64,000 nucleotides of DNA from Guillardia theta CCMP2712 (Eukaryota; Protista; Cryptophyta). Below the pieces are notes generated by a model. The model saw only the letters and a list, made by a program, of their open reading frames with translations. It ran no database searches and was not told the origin of the DNA. Position numbers and translations under genes: made by a program. Below, in pieces: positions 41,705 to 54,719 of this stretch. The stretch spans positions 97,525 to 161,524 of the forward strand of contig NW_005434621.1 of the NCBI RefSeq assembly GCF_000315625.1, in the 5' to 3' direction. Each line of letters begins with the position of its first letter. Position 1 is the first letter of the stretch.

Positions 41705-44700
41705 ATGCAGGGAGAGGACAACATGGAGGATGGAGGTAAATCAAATGGCGGTGAGACTCAGAGCAAGAAGATGGGGGGGTGGAGAGATAGAATGCGCAGG
41801 GTGTCCGCATTGCCTGAACAGCCTCAGACCATGGCCAACGACTTGCTGGGAAAACGGCGCAGAGCGTCATGGTCAGCGCCTGTGGTCGAAGAACGGAACG
41901 GAGAACCAAAACGGTTTGATCTCGTTTCCTACACGAGCCGAATGGCTAAAAATACTCTGAGCGCTACTGGAAAACGACGTAGCTTTGCAAGGCTCGAAAG
42001 CTCGCCTTCAACCTTGTCTTCAGGGATACTGCACGCCAGGAGAGGAGCTCATTTGAAATCATGCCTGAAGAGCGACGTGAAGGGGAGGAGCAGTCAGAAG
42101 AGCGTGGTCAAGCGCCAGAGGATCAGGTTTGTGCTGCCACAGGAGAAGACCGCCTTGTTCAAGGTTGACCTCCTTGAACCCGACAATGTCTACTTGAGCA
42201 GCTGGCTTTACTTCTTCGTTGTCCCCTAGCCTACGAGTTGTGGGCTGGTGGGTTCAGACTCGCTCTGGGGGAGCCCAGTAGGAGCGGGTGGCTGTTTGCC
42301 TTGGATCTGACTTGTGACGTGCTGTTCTTGATCGATGGTCTCATCTACATGAACACGGCTCAAGTGCTGCACATGCAAGGAGCTCACGAGAAATTGAACG
42401 CCCAGGCTGTCGTCCTCAGAGATCGCAGGGCGATCATCAACAAGTATGTGTTCCAAAAGCTTCCCCTTGAGCTCTTGCCCAGCCTCTTCTTCTTGCCTTA
42501 CTCAGATCCTTCTACGCCACTCTATGCCTGGTGGATTCTCATGATGCTGAGGTTCCTTCCGAGGTCTTACAGGCTCTATCGCTTCTTCCGATCCATGGAG
42601 ATGAACTTATCAGTGTCGATCAGCAAGCTGCAGCTCATCAAGTTCGCTCTAGTGATCATCATGTCCAGCCATTGGATTGGTTGTCTTTATTTCTGGGTTG
42701 CAAGGATCCAAAATGACAATGATACCACATGGATCTCACAGATCAACACTTTCTTCCCGCTCTACTCCAACGAGACTACCATACCACAGAAATACCTTCT
42801 GTGCCTGTACAAGGGCTTTGACGGTCTGTCGTCTATTGGATATGTTCCTGTCGTTCCAAACAATGCTCTTGAAATGATCCTGAGCATTCTGGTCATGTAC
42901 AATTCAATCTTCATCTCTGCCTACATTCTGGGTAGCCTCTTCCACTACCTGCTTGTCTCGCAGAAGGACCCCCTCACTGAAGCCCATAGGAAGAGGATGG
43001 CAGAAGTTATCACCTTCGCAGAAGCTCGTCGCCTTCCAGCCGGCGTCCGGAAGAAGCTCATTCAGCACTTCGAGTTCCAGTACAAAAAGAGCGTTCAAAG
43101 GAAAGCCTCGGCCTCGTTGAAGCTGCCCCGGTCGCTTGAGGTGAAGGTGGCGAACTCAAGGTTCAGGCCAACCATCGACAAGTGCTGCAAGCCCAGAGGT
43201 GTCTTCTACAGGTGTAACCCGCAGTTCCTCAACAACCTGGTGACCCTCCTGAGGCCCGTCTTCCTTATGCCGGGGGACCAGTTCATCCGAGCGTCGGAGA
43301 TGGTGCTGGAGCTCTCGTTTGTCATCGACGGCAGCGTGGAAGTGGTAGACGACGATGTCGTGAGGAAGGTGATTCGCTCCGATGTGGAGGACCCTTCCAT
43401 CATCGGAGAGATTTCCTTCTTCCTTGGCGTCGTGCAGCAGTACTCCGTCAGGTCACCTCTGGATGCCGATATCGAGCTGCTCGTCCTGAGCAGGGAGGCG
43501 GCGCAAGAGCTGTTTGCCAACTATCCAGAGCAGATGGAAATCATCACCAAGAACATCCTCTCAAATTTCAACCTGGATGTCTACGGCAATGACATCGTAG
43601 ACAGCGAGAGGACGGTGGTGGAGGAGAACGAAGACCCCGACGCGATCGCGCTCAGGAAGCTGATTCAGGACACGGTGAAGAGGAGACAGGAGGAAGCTTT
43701 CCTCTCCCTGTCGTACGCTGCCACTGCGGGAGACATCGAGGAGGTGAAGAGGGTACTCAGGAAGGGCGTGGGGATCAACTCCTGCAACTACGACGGGAAG
43801 ACCGTGCTGCACATGGCGGCGTCGGAGGGGAACTTTCGAGTTGTGGAACTGCTGCTTGAGGAAGGGGCTTTGAAGAACCAGAAGGACAGGTGGGGCAACA
43901 CTCCGCTGCAGGACGCGATCAACTCGAACCAGGGCCCCGTAGTCCAGCTGCTGGTCCAGTGGAGCTGCGAGCTGGACCCTGAGACTTCGACGGCGAAGCT
44001 GGCCATGGCCGCGCACCAGGGGGAGCTGGAGGCGCTGAAGTTGATCATACAGCACGGAATAACGCCCAACACCACCGACAGCGACTTGAGGACCCCCCTC
44101 CATCTCGCAGCCTCCCAGGGGAACGACAAGGTGGTGGAGTACCTGATCAGCATGCAGGCAGATGTAAACGCCAAGGACAGGTGAGGCAGGTTCTTTGCTA
44201 GCCCCGCCAGGGTGACGCTGAAGCAGGTGGGGGAGGACGCCGCTGCAGGACGCGGTGGAGAACGGGCATGTGCACGTTGCAGAGCAGATCCACTACAAGG
44301 GAGGCTTGCTGCCGCAGAGCGCAGGGCCGGAGCAGATCTGCAAGGCAGCGTCGAGCGGGGACGTCCCTCACTTGCGGCTGCTGCATCTGTGTGGAGTGGA
44401 CCCAGGTGAAGTGGAGGAAGGTTGGGGAAAGAGGAAAGGAGGAGGAGGAGGAGGAGGAGGAGGAGGAGGAGGAGGAGGAGGAGGAGGAGGAGGAGGCGGA
44501 AGCTTGTCCTCTGACAGCCTCTTGCTCGCAGACAAGCCCAACTACGATGGGAGGCGGCCGTTGCACTTTGCGGCATCGAAAGGAAAGATTCTCGCGGTCT
44601 CGCACCTGCTGGGGGTGTCGGCAGATCCCAACGTGAAAGATCGGTGGGGCCACACGCCGATAGACGAGGGGCTGCTGGGAGGGACCTTGCGTCATCTCAA

Positions 44701-47700
44701 GTGCGCGAAGTTGATGGAGGCGCTGGGAGGGAAGATCGGAGTGTACGGGAGGAACGAGCACGAGAGGGAGGTGTTGGAGAGATTCAACAACCTTGAGATG
44801 TCAGATGTGCGATCTCTTATCAAGACGTTGATAGAGAAGGGGTTTGACAACATGCGGATCACCAGGACTTCTGACCAAGAGTACTACACGGCTCACGAGA
44901 CGTGTGTTGGGCTCATCCCGTGCGCGATCGAGATCCAGAGCTTGTTCCATGAGGTGGAGGAAAAGCTTTCGGAGCAGATCGAGCCGCACCAGCAGCTCTA
45001 CGACAGGCTGAAGGAGATCACGATGACTTGCGGGCGCGTGATCGACAAAGTGAACAACAGCAGGCTCGGGCCCATCGATGTTGGGATCACGGCTGTGATC
45101 GAGATGAAGCAGGATGGGGTGGAGGCGACCTCTCGCTCGTTCTTCCAGAAGCTCGAGCTTGGGATGGACATCACAGAGTTCATGAACGCCGTCGTGGATA
45201 ACGACTCCCTTGCGCTGTTCGAGGAGCTGGACCAGATCATCGCCTCCATGGAGAAGAAGGGAAGGGACAGCAGGCAGGGGAAGCTGATGCTTGCCAAGGA
45301 GTTCAACAAGGCCCTCATGAACCTGAACAAGGTGGAAGACATGTGGTGTGAGCTATGCAACGCCTTCCATGCGGTGGCGGAACAGCAGAACCAGGTGCTG
45401 CTGGGATCAGGGTACTCCAGAGGAGCGTTCTTGACATACGAGACCTTTCCGCTGTTCCTCGAGCACATCCAGCTTGAGCTGAACCACCTCGAGATGCGAG
45501 AGCTCTTCTTCAGCGCCGTCTCTCCCACCCGGCATGACTGGGAGGTCAAGACCGTGACGCCCGAGTCGCTCCTTTGCAGAAGCAACGTGTTCCGGTCTGC
45601 CGTGTGCAAGGACTGCGACGAGGAGTCGTCGAAGCTGTCGACCCTCGTCAAGTCCCAGGTCCTCAGAGTCCTCTGCTTCTCCCACCTCAAGTTCCTGGCG
45701 TGGAGGAGCAGGACAGTCCGGCTGACGCAGGGCCAGAAGTTTAAGAGTGAAGAGCCCTCGATGTTCATCGTCAAGTCCGGGAGGGTGCGGACGATGTTCC
45801 ACAATGACGGCAAGGACATCTGTCTCAGGCTCGAATACGGGGCCAACACCATGTTCGGAGAGGTCTGGCTGCTGACGGGCTTCGCTCCCATCCTCCTCAT
45901 CCGCGCGACTCAGAAGTCAGAGCTGATTCAGATCAGGAAGTCGGACATGGCAGTGATAGTACAGGTGAGACGGTCTCCTGACCTTCCGCTCTCCTCCCCT
46001 CCTCCTCACTGACTCACCTGCTGAACAGGCAAGGTCGCAGATCGTGGTGGCCCTGTCGCAGGCCCTGTCGGAGGAGTCGGAGTTTGACAAGTACGAGAAG
46101 GAGATCCTGCAGGACTCCATGCAGCTGGAAGATTTCTCGTCGACGCACGGCTCCTCCAAGTCCTCGGACCCTCCTCAAGACGGGAACGTGGGCAAGAAGG
46201 AGGAGGAGGGGGAGGAGGAGCGGAAGCAGCTGAGCCAGCGGGCCGGGTTGCCCAAGTCCAACATAGTCACTTTCAAGATCCGAGCGCTAATGGACAGAAT
46301 TCACGATCACCTTCAAATTCACTTCCTCGGTCCCTTGCAGTCGATCTCGTTGGCGCTGGCGCTGTGGAGGGGGCTGGCCAAGTCCAACAAGAAGCGATTC
46401 GCTGTCGTCGGGAGCTCAACGAGGGGGGAGCCTCGCAGGATTATTGACTGCGGCATCCGAATCATCGACAGCGCCTGGGACGTGTTTGCAGCTGGTTTGA
46501 ACGTGGTCTACTACAAAGAGGTCGCTTCCGTCAGACAGTTCCTAGGAGAGGTAGAGCCCATCTACCTTGACGTACATCCCAGCTGCTCTCGACGTTTCCT
46601 ACTTGCACTTCATCTAAGATGTTTCTCCTCCTCCTCCTCCTCCTCCTCCCCTCCCTCCTAATCATGTCATCACCACCACTATCATCCTACCACCTGTACA
46701 TGACGGTCTGCCTCCAGGTCGGTCAAAACTTCTTCACCACAGCTTTCGATCCGAGAAAGTGCCCCACGGAGATGAACATTGCAGAGTGGTACACGCGGTG
46801 GATCAAGTACATCGACGATGGAGATCCGGAGCAGAACAGAAGCTTTTTCTCCAACTCCTTCTCGCTGTGGAAGGAGAGCTCGTACTCTCAGGAGGTGGTG
46901 GAGGTGGGCTACAAGGAAGCTGATACGCAGGAGAAGCAGGAGAAGCAGGTGGTGGCCATGGAAGTTATGGATCATGTGCTGAAGATCAAAGACTTGCTCA
47001 TCAACAAGTCCATTGCTACCCTCCTCTTCCATGATGACCTCCTGCCTGCTTATGAGCCTACTTTCTGTGCCACTGTCGGCAACACGTCCAAGGCCATGGC
47101 CCGCTCGCAGGTAAACCCCACCTCCCCCCATAAGACCTCTCGTTCCCCCTGACTCCTGATCCTGATCCTGATCCTGATCCTGATCCTGATCCTGATCCTG
47201 ATCCTGATCCTGATCCTGATCCTGATACTGTTCTTTACGCAGATGCTTCCGTTCCTCTCCCTTCTCTTGACCGATTTCAACGGTGAAATATGCGAATTTC
47301 ATGTCAACGAATTCCTGAAGGTCTGTTTACCTCTCCTACCTCTCCCTCACTCCTTGACTCCTTCCCCATCCCTCTCCTCCCTTTCTTCTCTTGTAAATTT
47401 CAAGCAGATTTTCTCTATCGATGGTCAGAAGGCAACGACAATAACGTGGCCGGAGATCGACAGGGTTCTGAAGGACAAGCATATCAATCAGCTGCGCTAT
47501 GAGAAAGCTTTCATCGGCGAGAAGGGAACAGTTTTCAACCCTCTCTCGACGCCCCTCCTCTGTTGGAGGACTGTCCAGCAGGCCTGCGCAGTCCTCTATT
47601 TCATCTTTACCCCCATTCAGATAGCTTACCTCCCCTTCACCACCATGACGAACCCTGTGCTGGTTGCGTTCAACGTCACCTTGGACTCACTTGTCTTCAT

Positions 47701-50700
47701 CAACCTCTTCATCTCCATGAACATTGCCTACATGAACAAACAGTGAGTCGAATTTCCATCGCCTCTCTCCCTCCTCTTCCTTCCAAGCTCCTCTGTTAAT
47801 TCCGTTTCACATGCTCCCTGATCTTGCCTTGCCCTTTCTTCTCCACCCTTTTCTATCACTCCCCTCCTCTCCCTCTCCCGCCCTCTCCGCCTCCACCTCG
47901 CATCCTTAAGATTCCCGCAGGTCGCGCTGGGTTACTGAGAGGAGGAAGATAACGAAGCATTTCCTAGCGCACGACTTCTGGCTTGACGCCTTCGTCGCCA
48001 CTCCCTTCGACTGGTTCGGGTTCCTCAGCGGCGGTTCCCTCCAGCTCTGCAGCTGGTTCCGCCTGCCCAAGGTCCTCTACATCATCAGCATGGCACGGGA
48101 CTCGAAGCCCGGCTACTTCAACCTCAACACCTCCAACCAGAACGTGCGGCTCGCCATCCTTATCGGGGGCGTCCTCCATATCATCAGCTGCTTCTGGTTC
48201 CTCATGGGGAGGAGGGGGATCGGAGAGAGCCCGTCCTTGCCCACCTGGTGAGCTCGAGCTCGTCTGATGTGTTCAGCTAAGCTGCCTGCAGGTACGAGCC
48301 TCCTCTAGAGTCATCGAGGCGAGGAGGAGGAGGAGGAGGGTCGGCGACGGGAGGAGGCAGCCAGTACACCAGCTACGGGGGCATCTACTCAAACCAGTCC
48401 GGGGCCTGGGACCAGTACCTGCTGTCCTTCTACTGGATCTCCAACACAGTCTCGGGGAACGGAGTCATAGGTGATATGGACCCGCAAAACTACGGGGAGC
48501 TGGGCTACACCATCTTCCTGCTCAGCATCCAACTCACGCTGTTCAACTACGTCATCGGAGAGATCTCCACGGGAGTGCTCAAGGGAGACGAGAAGCTACT
48601 CAAGGCGAGGGAGGAGATCGGAGCTGTCGAGAGCTACCTGGCTGGCTTCGAGCTGCCCAACGAGCTCAAGCTCGAGATCCGCCGCTACTTCCACGGGACC
48701 TCCGGGTCGACCAACTTCATCAGCGCATCCGAGATCTTCGACTCCGTCTCGCACTCCCTCCGCATGGAGATCTCGTCCAACATGACCAAGGAGCGGCTGG
48801 ACAACGTGTCGCTCTTCCTGGGCTGCAGCCCTCAGCTGAAGGCAAACATCCAGGGCCTCGTGCGGGAGATGCACTTCGGCTCCGACGAGTTCCTGTACCA
48901 GTCCAACACAGTGGCGCACGAAATGTACTTCATAGTGTCCGGCTCCGTAGACCAGCTGATGCAGGACTCCGAGGGGAACTACATCCACGACCAGACGGTC
49001 CCTGCTGGGGGGTCAGTTGGGGACCTGAGCTTCTTCTTCGGGGTCAGACACATCAACAGCGCGAGGGCGAGCAGGTCGGGAGCGATCTGCCTGCAGCTGG
49101 TGCGGTCGCAGATCATGCCGATCCTCAAGGCGTACCCCGACGACGAGGAGATGGTGGCGCAGAATGCTTTGCGGCAGTTCCAGCTCACCAAGTATGCTCG
49201 GAGCGCTGCTGGGACGAGCAGGTACGGGAAGAGCATTGCGAGCTTCGGCACGCTGCGGTCGGCGCAGGAGATCATCGAGCAGAGGGAGGAGGCGCTGAAA
49301 GGAGACGAGGACGAGATCAGCCTGCCCACGGCGTACCAGCAGTCGGTGCAGGAGGAGGCGAACTTTGATGCGGTCATCCTGTCCAACATCGAGCAGAAGG
49401 TAGCGTTCCTGAACCAGCGGAGGAAGGCTGAACATATCGCCGCCTTCTGCGCAGCTGCAGGGCGGGGGGAGACGGACAAGATGGAGAGGTTCCTCAAGAT
49501 TGGACTGCACGTCGACGAGACAGACTCTAACGGGAGGACGGCGCTCCATGTGGCTGCTTGCGAGGGCCAGGTGGAGGCGACCAAGTTTCTCCTGCAGCAC
49601 AGAGCCAGCGTCTCGATCAAGGACAAGTACAAGAACACTGCTCTGCACGATGCTGTGCGGCACGGGCACGACCAGCTCGCCGCGCTGCTGCGAGCGCAGA
49701 ATCAGACGCTGTCCCTCCCCAGCCCGGAGGCAGGAGTTTTCCTCTGCAAGTTCGCATTCAGGAACGAGGAGCAGCAGATCCAACGCTTCCTCGCCAACGG
49801 CGTGGAAGTCAACGAGCCCAACTACGACGGTAGAACAGCGCTGCACATCGCGGCGTGCGAGGGGCACCTGGGGCTGGTCAAGTTCCTGCTGGGCAGGGCG
49901 GCGGATGTGAACTGCAAGGACAGGAAGGGACGTTCCCCTCTCACCGACGCCCTCCGGCATGGCAGGGTGGAGGTGCAAGACATGCTACGAGACGCAGGTG
50001 GGCAGCTGCTGGGGATCGACGTGGCGTCGGAGCTCTGCATGGCGGCAGCGGCGGGGGACGTGAAGGCGATGGACGGGCTGATCAGGAACAGAGCGAGTCC
50101 GGACTCGTGCGACGAGCTGAACAGGACGGCTCTGCACCTTGCCTCTTCCAACGGAGAGATCACCGTCCTCGATTTCCTCCTCCGTCGCATCAGCGTCAAG
50201 ATCAACATCAACCCCGTCGACATGCACGGAGGGTCCCCGCTGGAGGACGCGTACCGGGAGGAGCAGAAAGTCGCCATCGCCATCTTGCAGGCGCACAAGG
50301 CGATGAGGAGCAACGACCCGGAGCTGCTCGAGATGCAGGACATGCAGAGGAAAGCGACGCTGTCGCGGCAGCGTCAGCGGCGGAGGCCCCAGGTGGAGGA
50401 GACCATCGAGGGGAGTGAGGAGACGAAGGCACTGGTGTGGGTGAGGGGGAGGATGGGGAAGCTTGTCCCGAACCAGCTGAGCATGGTGATGGCCATCAAG
50501 GAACAGCTCGACGCCGACCTCGACCAGCTCTCCGCCATTCTCAGCAGGATGGAGGAGAGGGCTGCGGAACTGGCAGTCAAGTCCGGGGGGAAGAAGAATG
50601 GAGGAGGAGGAGGAGCGTCGGAGGAGGTGGAGGAGATGAACAAGGAGATCATCTCCGCTGCCCAGTGCTTCCTTACAACTGTCTCAACGTGGACAGAAAT

Positions 50701-51132
50701 CCTGTCTCAGATCGTGAAGTCGACTGGGGAGGAGCTGCCGCAGTTGGGCATCCTCCTGCTTTCTTCGCACAAGTACAGGGTCACGGCAGAGGAGCTCGGG
50801 GGGATTTTCAACAAGCTCGTCGACACCTCCAACTTCATGGAGCAATCCCTCCATCGCCTCCTCCAGGTGTGTACAAACCCTCCTCCTGTTCCCCCCTCTC
50901 TCCTCCTCCTTGCTTCCTCCTCTCTGCTTCCTCCTTCCCCTCTCTCATCATCTACTGCTCTCCCACCCCTCCTCCTCATCATGACGCGGCGGGGCAGGTG
51001 ATGGAGCTCGAGCTTCCAGAGGAGTTGGGCGAGCAGGAGGCAGCGAAGAGGAATAAGATCGAGAGGAAGATGATCGAATCTTTGGGGTTCGCGACCAAGA
51101 GCATGTTGCAGAACGTCTTTCGCTCCTTATGA
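41705..51132 (+). CDS. Tandem two-unit Shaker/CNG-superfamily ion channel: [6TM-pore-CNBD-ankyrins]-CNBD-like-[6TM-pore-CNBD-ankyrins]; 3' end may extend to ~51418
   Basis: Unit 1: S4 LRFLPRSYRLYRFFR, SHWIGCLYF, pore LSSIGYVPVVP, CNBD GEISFF, ankyrins YDGKTVLHMAA and WGNTPL. Unit 2: HIISCFWF, pore NTVSGNGVIGDMDP, CNBD GDLSFF, ankyrins GRTALH. ORF blocks are joined by short introns with no intergenic gap. Confidence 0.85.
47155..47226 (+). repeat. (GATCCT)n intronic microsatellite
   Basis: Direct inspection. Confidence 0.9.
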
Positions 51133-51939
51133 TTCTCCTCCTTCTCAGACTCCCTCCTCCATCCTCTTCAAGAAGTCGTCCTCCCTTGGCCCATCGTCAG
51201 AGCAGCGCCATGGGCAGGTGGAGGAGGCGCAAGAAGGAGAGCAAAGCGAAGGATGGAAGATCAGGAGCAGCAACGGGTGCTGGAGCAGAGCCAAGAACAG
51301 GAGCGGGAGCAGGAGCAGGAGCAGGGGCGGGAGGAGGAGGAGGAAGAGGAGGATTCACCTGATTGCCATCAAGGCCTCGAGCGCTACCCACCTGCTCGTG
51401 ACGCAGATGAAGTCATGACGCAAGGAGAACAGGGAGGGCAAAGACGCGCACCCGGTCTGAGCAGTGACGAGGAGGTACTCGTTGGTGGGATCCTGCGAGG
51501 ACGGGACGGAGTGAGAGGAAAGAAGGGGTAGGAGGTACAACGGATCGAGGAGAAGGAGCAGGAGCAAGGGAGCAGAAGCAGGACCTTGGAGAAAGAATAA
51601 GCGCCTAGCGTGAGGGACTGGACGAGACGAGAGCAGATGAGGCAGTGAAGAATTTCCTTCTCGTCCTGCAGGGAGTGAGTGAGTCATCGTGAATGCAAGG
51701 AAAGTGTTCATACCTGTGTAAGGGAGACTTCCTTGTTGTATCCTACAATGTCAATGTCATGTTGAAGAAGTAAAGGTGAGAGATGTTGGAGTGCAGTGTA
51801 GCAACCGCGATCACAGCACGTCATGCATGACAACAAAACAAAACACTTGTCTTGATCATCGCAACACACAACAAATGCATTACATCAAACATGATAAACA
51901 ACAGCAGAGGTGCATGTAAGGAGTGAGACGCCGACCCGC

Positions 51940-53900
51940 GTAAATATGAGTGGCGGTAGTCAAGATGTCTTTCTTTCCCAACATCAAGTAGGCCATGCAG
52001 ATTGCCAGCTGCCCGCATCGTCACCAGGAGCATGTCAACGTCATGAGAGTCACCTCGAAGATCAGACATGTGTATGTACAGTCGCCAAAGTCAATGATGC
52101 CCTGCACTCTCCTGCGGTCCTGCCATGGTCTTCTTTATCCTCCCGTCCCTCCTGCCGCCATGTGCGGACCTGGTCGATGAGGATGTTCTGCTCGTTGGCG
52201 TCGTTCTGGATCACTGCCTGCAGCAAGAGTGAGAGTGTCGACCAGGTGGGAGGAAGGAAGAGGAAGAGGAAGAGGAAGAGGAAGAGCAAGAGCAAGAGCA
52301 AGAGCAAGAGGAGGAAGGGGAAGGGAAGGGGATCAGCCAGGAGGAGAAGAAAGATGCAAGAGGGTCAGCATCATCGACGCCAGGAGGAGCAGAGGAGACA
52401 GAACAGCACGGCACTGGCTCCATCACCTTCCTCAGGCTCTCCATCTTGGGCGAGACCTTCTCCTCAAACCTCCGTATCACCTGCGAATGAGTCGCCATGA
52501 GGAGGAGGGGGGGATGGAGCTCAGGTCTCTACCTCCCTCTGCAGCGCTCTCCTGCCCTCGTCCTTGATGAACTCACTGCTGTCCGTCAGCACAGAAGCTG
52601 CCGGGGGGGCTGGCAGGGAGGCACCTGAAGCTGGACAAGCTGGGAACGTTCTTTAGGTCCCATAGGAGATCACGCTCCTTCAACGCGCTGGCAGCTCCTT
52701 CAGCAACGAGGGCAGAAGAACGCAGCAGCTCACGAAGGGACTTTGGGCATCGCAAGCAGGACTTGATCCATCTTGCCCACAAACCTGGACGCCTCCTGCT
52801 CAGCGGCTGCTCGTAGTCGAGGACGGGGCAGCGATACGCCAGCCACCCTGCTTCCAAGTACCTTCCTATGTCCTGAAGCAAGGCAGGCGACTCCTCCTCC
52901 CGCTGGCCGATGATGCTCTGCTGAACTTCACCGCCTGAGGGGCGAGGGGATGGAACACTCACCCCGGGAATGTACTGGAGCAGACGAACCGCGTGCTGAC
53001 GTGAGTCTGCAAGAGAGGGAGAAGGAGAGTGAGCCGAGGAAAGAAGAGGAGGAGGGAGGGAGGGAGGGAGGGAGGGAGGGAAGAAGAGGAGGGAGGGAGG
53101 GAGGGAGGGAGGGAGGGAAGGGAGACGAGCGATCAAGAGAGCATCGGGGTAGCAGCAGTATACAACAACGAGAGTCAAAAACACGCAAAGTGCCAACCGC
53201 TTCCCGAGATGCAGGGGAGGATGATACATCCGACACAGGACGTGTTGTCCGCGGTCTTGATCGGAAGCGGCACATCGACAGCATGCAGACTGTGAAGCAT
53301 GTCAAGACAGGAGGCTGGAGATCAAACTGTTTCACCTGAGGTACGATAGCACGTCGTTTTGTGCGACGACGAGAGGAAGATTGTCTGACTCGACTCCGTT
53401 GTGGATCTGGACCATGGTGAGGGAGCAACTTTAGGAGGAGAGAACAACAAGCGCACGTCTGGCGGTCTACAACAAGGGAAGCACATCAAAGAGTTTTGGT
53501 GTCACAACATCACAACGAACAAGAATCGTGACAGTTATCAAGAATCACGACAGCGAACAAGCTTCACGAAAGCGAACAAGTCTCAAACAGACATCATAAC
53601 ACCTCATACGATCACATCACACCGCAGCATGTCATCTGCCTTTACCTTCATCACCACGTCCACGTACTGGTCAGGCTCGTTGGCGAAACAAATCTTTGAA
53701 AGAAAGAAGTTGCGGTCGTCGTACGAGTCGAACTCGTCAACCTGCTGGACTCTCAGCTGGGAGTTGCCTGGGCACCAGAGCACATCACATGCGTCTGGTC
53801 AGTCCTGACAACTCCGAAGACCTCCCTTGCATGCCTGAGGACCTGCGGGGGCGACCTTGTTATGGGTTGCGACCGGGTCAACGAATGCCAGCTTACATCG
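51940..53900 (-). CDS. Hypothetical multi-exon protein
   Basis: Protein-like minus-strand segments (52573-52990, 52400-52480, 51940-52220) separated by pyrimidine-rich introns. Ends approximate. Confidence 0.4.
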
Positions 53901-54106
53901 TCCACAGATATCTTCGCTGGTTTCTGCTCTTTCCTCCGGACTTCCTGTGATTTCATCCTTCACTTTTTTGATGCAACGCAAGAAGCCAACGCCCGCTGTG
54001 TCCTTCCTCTTTTCTGCCGCGTCCTCTCCTCCTCATCCTCTCCATCCTCTGCTCGATCCCTATTCTGATCCTTACATTCTTCACTTGTTCTTGACTTCTT
54101 GTACGA

Positions 54107-54164
<58 letters not shown>

Positions 54165-54719
54165 TCCTTCATCTCCTTCATCATCATCATTATCTTCATC
54201 TCCTTCATCTCCTTCATCTTTATCCTCGTCCTCCTCGTCCTCCTCCTCACCTCCGAAGCGCTCCCCGACATGTCGCAATCCCTCCACCTTTTATTATCAC
54301 CCTACCCCCATGAATGACCTCTACCCCTGGTCTCATGACCCTACCCCCCAAAAATACCAATGGGATGATTTTTATGGAGTATATGTTTGGTGCAGAGCAC
54401 AAATATGATTCTACTAAAGGATAATTCACTATCGTCCTGATATCATGTTGAAGAGGGTCCACTCTTCCGTGAATACCCCCTGCAGCATCACCACCACCCA
54501 CTCTCCAGGGGAATTCTTCTACCCCTACCTCCAAATATGTCTCCGGCAAAGTGGTTCATGTGCCTTATGACAGGAGGAGGAGGAGGAGGAGGAGGAGGAG
54601 GAGGAGTATTTCTCAAGTGCGTACAAATCAACCCCTTCTTTCTCGTTCCTTCGCTGGCTGGGCAGCCCCGAAACCTCCCACCCGCCTTCTTTTCCCTCAC
54701 TTGCCTCAACTCTCCTCCC

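Noticed and set aside
43206-50652. Long antisense ORFs opposite the channel gene
   Set aside because: Shadow ORFs expected from GC3-rich codon usage on the sense strand.
53857-54408. Poly-S/M/D/I ORFs
   Set aside because: Translations of a (CAT)n microsatellite.
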